NCBI RefSeq assembly: GCF_006345805.1
Contig: NW_021835331.1
Span: forward strand, 1 to 40,881
Direction of reading: 5' to 3'
DNA length: 40,881 nt
Origin: Octopus sinensis
Taxonomy: Eukaryota
Positions 37,992 to 40,881 of this stretch are shown piece after piece. Both the position numbers and the translations under genes were made by a program. The notes below the pieces were generated by a model. The model saw only the letters and a program-made list of their open reading frames with translations. It made no database searches and had not been told where the DNA came from. Numbering within the stretch: the stretch's first letter is position 1; each line of letters starts with the position of its first letter.

Positions 37992-38582
37992 CGTACACAC
38001 ACATACATACACACGCACACACACACACACACACAAACACACGCACACGTTCGACACGCACACGTTCGACACGCACACGTTCGACACGCACACACATATC
38101 GTATTTATACATATATAATATATGCAATATATATAAGATATATATCCAGAGAGGAGCAGAGAGAGAGCAGGAGAGAGGAGAGAGAGGGAGAGAGTGGGAG
38201 AGTGGGACATAGTGATACAGGCAGGCGGCGTCGTATGGCCATGACTGTTGTTGAGAATTTCGATTTGAATCGACCTTGAGTGAGTTACGTTTCTATTAGC
38301 AAATTTTGTTTGGAAATAGCGTCACCTTGTGCCATCGTCTTCGATTCAGTGTCACCATCTCTACTCCTCTTGTCATCTCTTATTTTTGTACTCTTGTGCA
38401 AAATGCCTTCAGGTAACGTTTACTTCCACACGTTTAGCAGCCATGCCTTCTGTTCTTCACCCCAATTAAAATGAGTCTCCTCTTTGCTACCTCAGTTGGC
38501 TATAAATCTGAGATAGATATATGAATAACATGGAAGGAGATCTCTGCATCTAGATGTCCATGCAGATGCCAGCCAACCAAAT

Positions 38583-38944
38583 GCTGTTGCTGCTGTTGCT
38601 GTTGAACGAACGGTCTTCGTATCAGAGCTCGCAAGATGAGAGAAGTCCGAAACGTGGTCCTATGCTATTCGTAAGAGCCGTAGAAGAGAAAGCAGGTCAA
38701 CTCCCCCCCGACACCGAGAGCATCGGCGGATGCGTAGGAAGTCGGGGACAAGAAACAGGAAGAAACAGTGAGAGTAAGTTGGAGAGAATGAGTACAACAG
38801 GGGTCGCCACCACCCCTTGCCAGAGCCTCGTGGGGCGTTAGGTGTTTTCGCTCAATAAACACACACAACGCCCGGTCTGGGAATCGAAACCGCGATCCTC
38901 CGACCGCGAGTCCGCTGCCCTAACCACTGGGCCATTGCGCCTCC
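38583..38944 (-). mobile_element. SINE family C, tail type 3
   Basis: Same head/core (38749-38944). The tail ...ggaccacgtttcggacttctc...gttcgttcaacagcaacagc differs from the other two. Confidence 0.9.
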
Positions 38945-39260
38945 TTACGCTGCTCTTCTCGGCGGCTATCACTTTTGCTGTAGTTTTTCGTAGAGAACAC
39001 CAAGTCAAGTGTCCAAGTTAGCAGTAATGTACCCAGCCATTCGTCTTATGTTTCTACAGTTTATTATTGCTGCCTATCTTGCGGGAAGGCACGAAACGTG
39101 CAAGACCCTTTTGTCGTTTCTTTGAATGTCAGACTCAGATAGATGATATAAGCTTCAATTAAGCAACGCTTATCGAAAGAGCATACATTGCTTGAAACGG
39201 CCGTAAGGAATTGACACTTGTATATCTTTGTTACTCATTTATATAGATATATGTATATAC

Positions 39261-39794
39261 GTAAGACGGCGGATAGTACTAGGCAGAGAGGCTATGATCA
39301 GCATGAGCAGGGTCTGGAAGAGTAGAGACATCAGACTCGCTACCAAATGCAGATTGGTGAATGCAATTGTCTTCCCAATAGCAACATATGGATGCGAGAT
39401 CTGAACACTAAAGAAAGCTGACCAGAAGAGAATTAATGCATTCGAGCTTTGGTGTTGGAGAAGACTTTTACGGACTCCATGGACAGCGAGACTCACCAAT
39501 GGAGAAGTTCTTAAGCATATAAGGCCGAAAATGCTGCTAAAAGCTAGGATCACCAAGCATAGATTAGCATATTTCGGTCATATTATACGGAGAAAATCCC
39601 TGGAGAAGGACATCATGCTCGGAATGGTCAGTGGCAAGAGAGGAAGAGGCCGACCAAGAACCTGCTGGCTTGACACCATCAAGAGTAATACCGGAATGGA
39701 CATAGCCAATCTGAAAGAAGCGGCCCGGGATAGAACTGACTGGAGGACACTGATCCAACGAGTGACCGAGAGTCGACTTCGACTGAGCGGATAG
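39261..39794 (+). pseudogene. RTE ORF C-terminal remnant (post-RT)
   Basis: No frameshift; a single TGA at 39402-04 where BovB-type proteins have W. Confidence 0.88.
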
Positions 39795-39799
39795 AGAGA
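39265..39799 (+). mobile_element. 5'-truncated RTE (BovB-like) LINE with a 12-bp TSD
   Basis: One frame: VRRRIVLGREAM..VFPIATYGCEI*..INAFELWCWRRLLRTPWTAR..YFGHIIRR..LEKDIMLG..GRGRPR.CWLD..SRLRLSG*. TSD gtatatacgtaa at 39253-64 and 39800-11. Confidence 0.92.
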
Positions 39800-40692
39800 G
39801 TATATACGTAAAGAGGGAGAGATAGAGATAGAGAGAGAGGCAGACAGACATGTATACATATATGCATCCATGCATGGAGGGTTGGATCTGTTGCTTTGTT
39901 GCTTAGCACAAGGTGGGCGTTAATAAAATAGTCCTGTAATAAATGGCATTCCAGATTGAACGATTCCTCAGTGTTTGAAACCAGATTAAGTCTAACGAGG
40001 GACGCATTATTTTGTTTAACATACACGTTATTATTAGTATCATTGCTGTTTTTTTTTCTACTAGCCCCAGAAGTTATTCCTAGCCAAACTATTCAGTAAG
40101 ATTATATGAACTAAATTTTACATAATTACTAACTGAATTACAAACAGACATCTTAATATTATTCATAACCAAAATCTAGTTTATTAGCAAATTTATTTAG
40201 ACTAATGTGTATAAACATAACAAAACTACTTACAGTCGTCTCCTAGTTTTAAAGTAAACAAATACAGACTTATACCCGATGTATAAACTAACGCACACTT
40301 ACCTTACTTCTATCGCAGTTATTTATGGTCGGAGTTTGTTAGCAAATGAATATGGATTTGTGTTTGTTCTACTTGAAGCAACTACGAACAGACATCTAGT
40401 TTCCTCTCGGAATTTATTCATAGACAGAATGAAGTTATTTATTAATCAAATTTCCAATAATGTTTGCACTTGATCTGCCATTATCTTAACTGTATCTTTT
40501 CTGAGACGATGCCTCTAATGTTGTTATAATCTAAATGTACTGAAAGATGTTTTCACTTCAAAGCAACAATGGTTTATAGGTAGATAGGATTAAATTATCC
40601 TGTAATCAATATGGACTAATATTTATTATAAATTACTCTAAAAGTAGAACACATTGTTTCCCCGACATAAACCGCTATGTATATACTCTTGT

Positions 40693-40881
40693 ACTCGTTT
40701 ACTCTTTTACTTGTTTCAGTCATTTGACTGCAGCCATGCTGGAGCACCGCCTTTAATCGAGCAACTCGACCCCGGGACTTATTCTTTTGTAAGCCCAGTA
40801 CTTATTCTATCGGTCTCTCTTTGCCGAACCGCTAAGTTACGGGGACATAAACACACCAGCATCAGGGACATAAACACACCA
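40693..40881 (-). mobile_element. SINE family B 3' part, cut by the window end
   Basis: Matches 7650-7820. A 23-bp-period duplication gggacataaacacacca lies at 40842 and 40865. Confidence 0.9.

Noticed and set aside
39135-39185. gatga-ataagc/gcttat-cgaaa hammerhead-like string
   Set aside because: C3/U4 are missing and there is no stem I or III support.
40283-40473. Branch point (ctaac) plus pyrimidine tract and cag at about 40319, followed by an open frame
   Set aside because: No recognisable protein, no good donor before the stop, and such signals are common by chance in AT-rich DNA.

Overview
Eukaryotic, AT-rich, repeat-saturated non-coding DNA with no recognisable host exon. The SINE families and the extreme microsatellite load look like an Octopus (cephalopod) intron or intergenic region; this is inferred from recognising the repeats, not from a database search. 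Almost all ORFs in the track are artefacts of microsatellites. Real coding remnants are all transposon-derived: (1) two young (~95-96% identical over a 260-bp stretch compared by eye), 5'-truncated R4/Dong-clade RLE retrotransposons, each embedded in (TAA)n, plus an older RT-less relic and a possible decayed fragment; (2) a BovB-like RTE fragment with a 12-bp target-site duplication (TSD); (3) decayed L1/Tx1-like ORF2 ends; (4) Penelope-like (PLE) GIY-YIG fragments; (5) mariner-derived MITEs. At least five tRNA-derived or tRNA-like SINE families are present. The most notable structures are: four hammerhead-ribozyme-like motifs of three types in PLE-like repeats, one with a compensatory U3-A8 core; (TAA)n-specific retrotransposition, including into a SINE tail; one SINE head carrying three different tails; a 1.4-kb tandem duplication bounded by AAT/ATT quasi-palindromes; a fold-back palindrome at the edge of a minisatellite; and a 58-bp array nested in an older 48-bp array. 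No wholly new system can be proven from the sequence alone.
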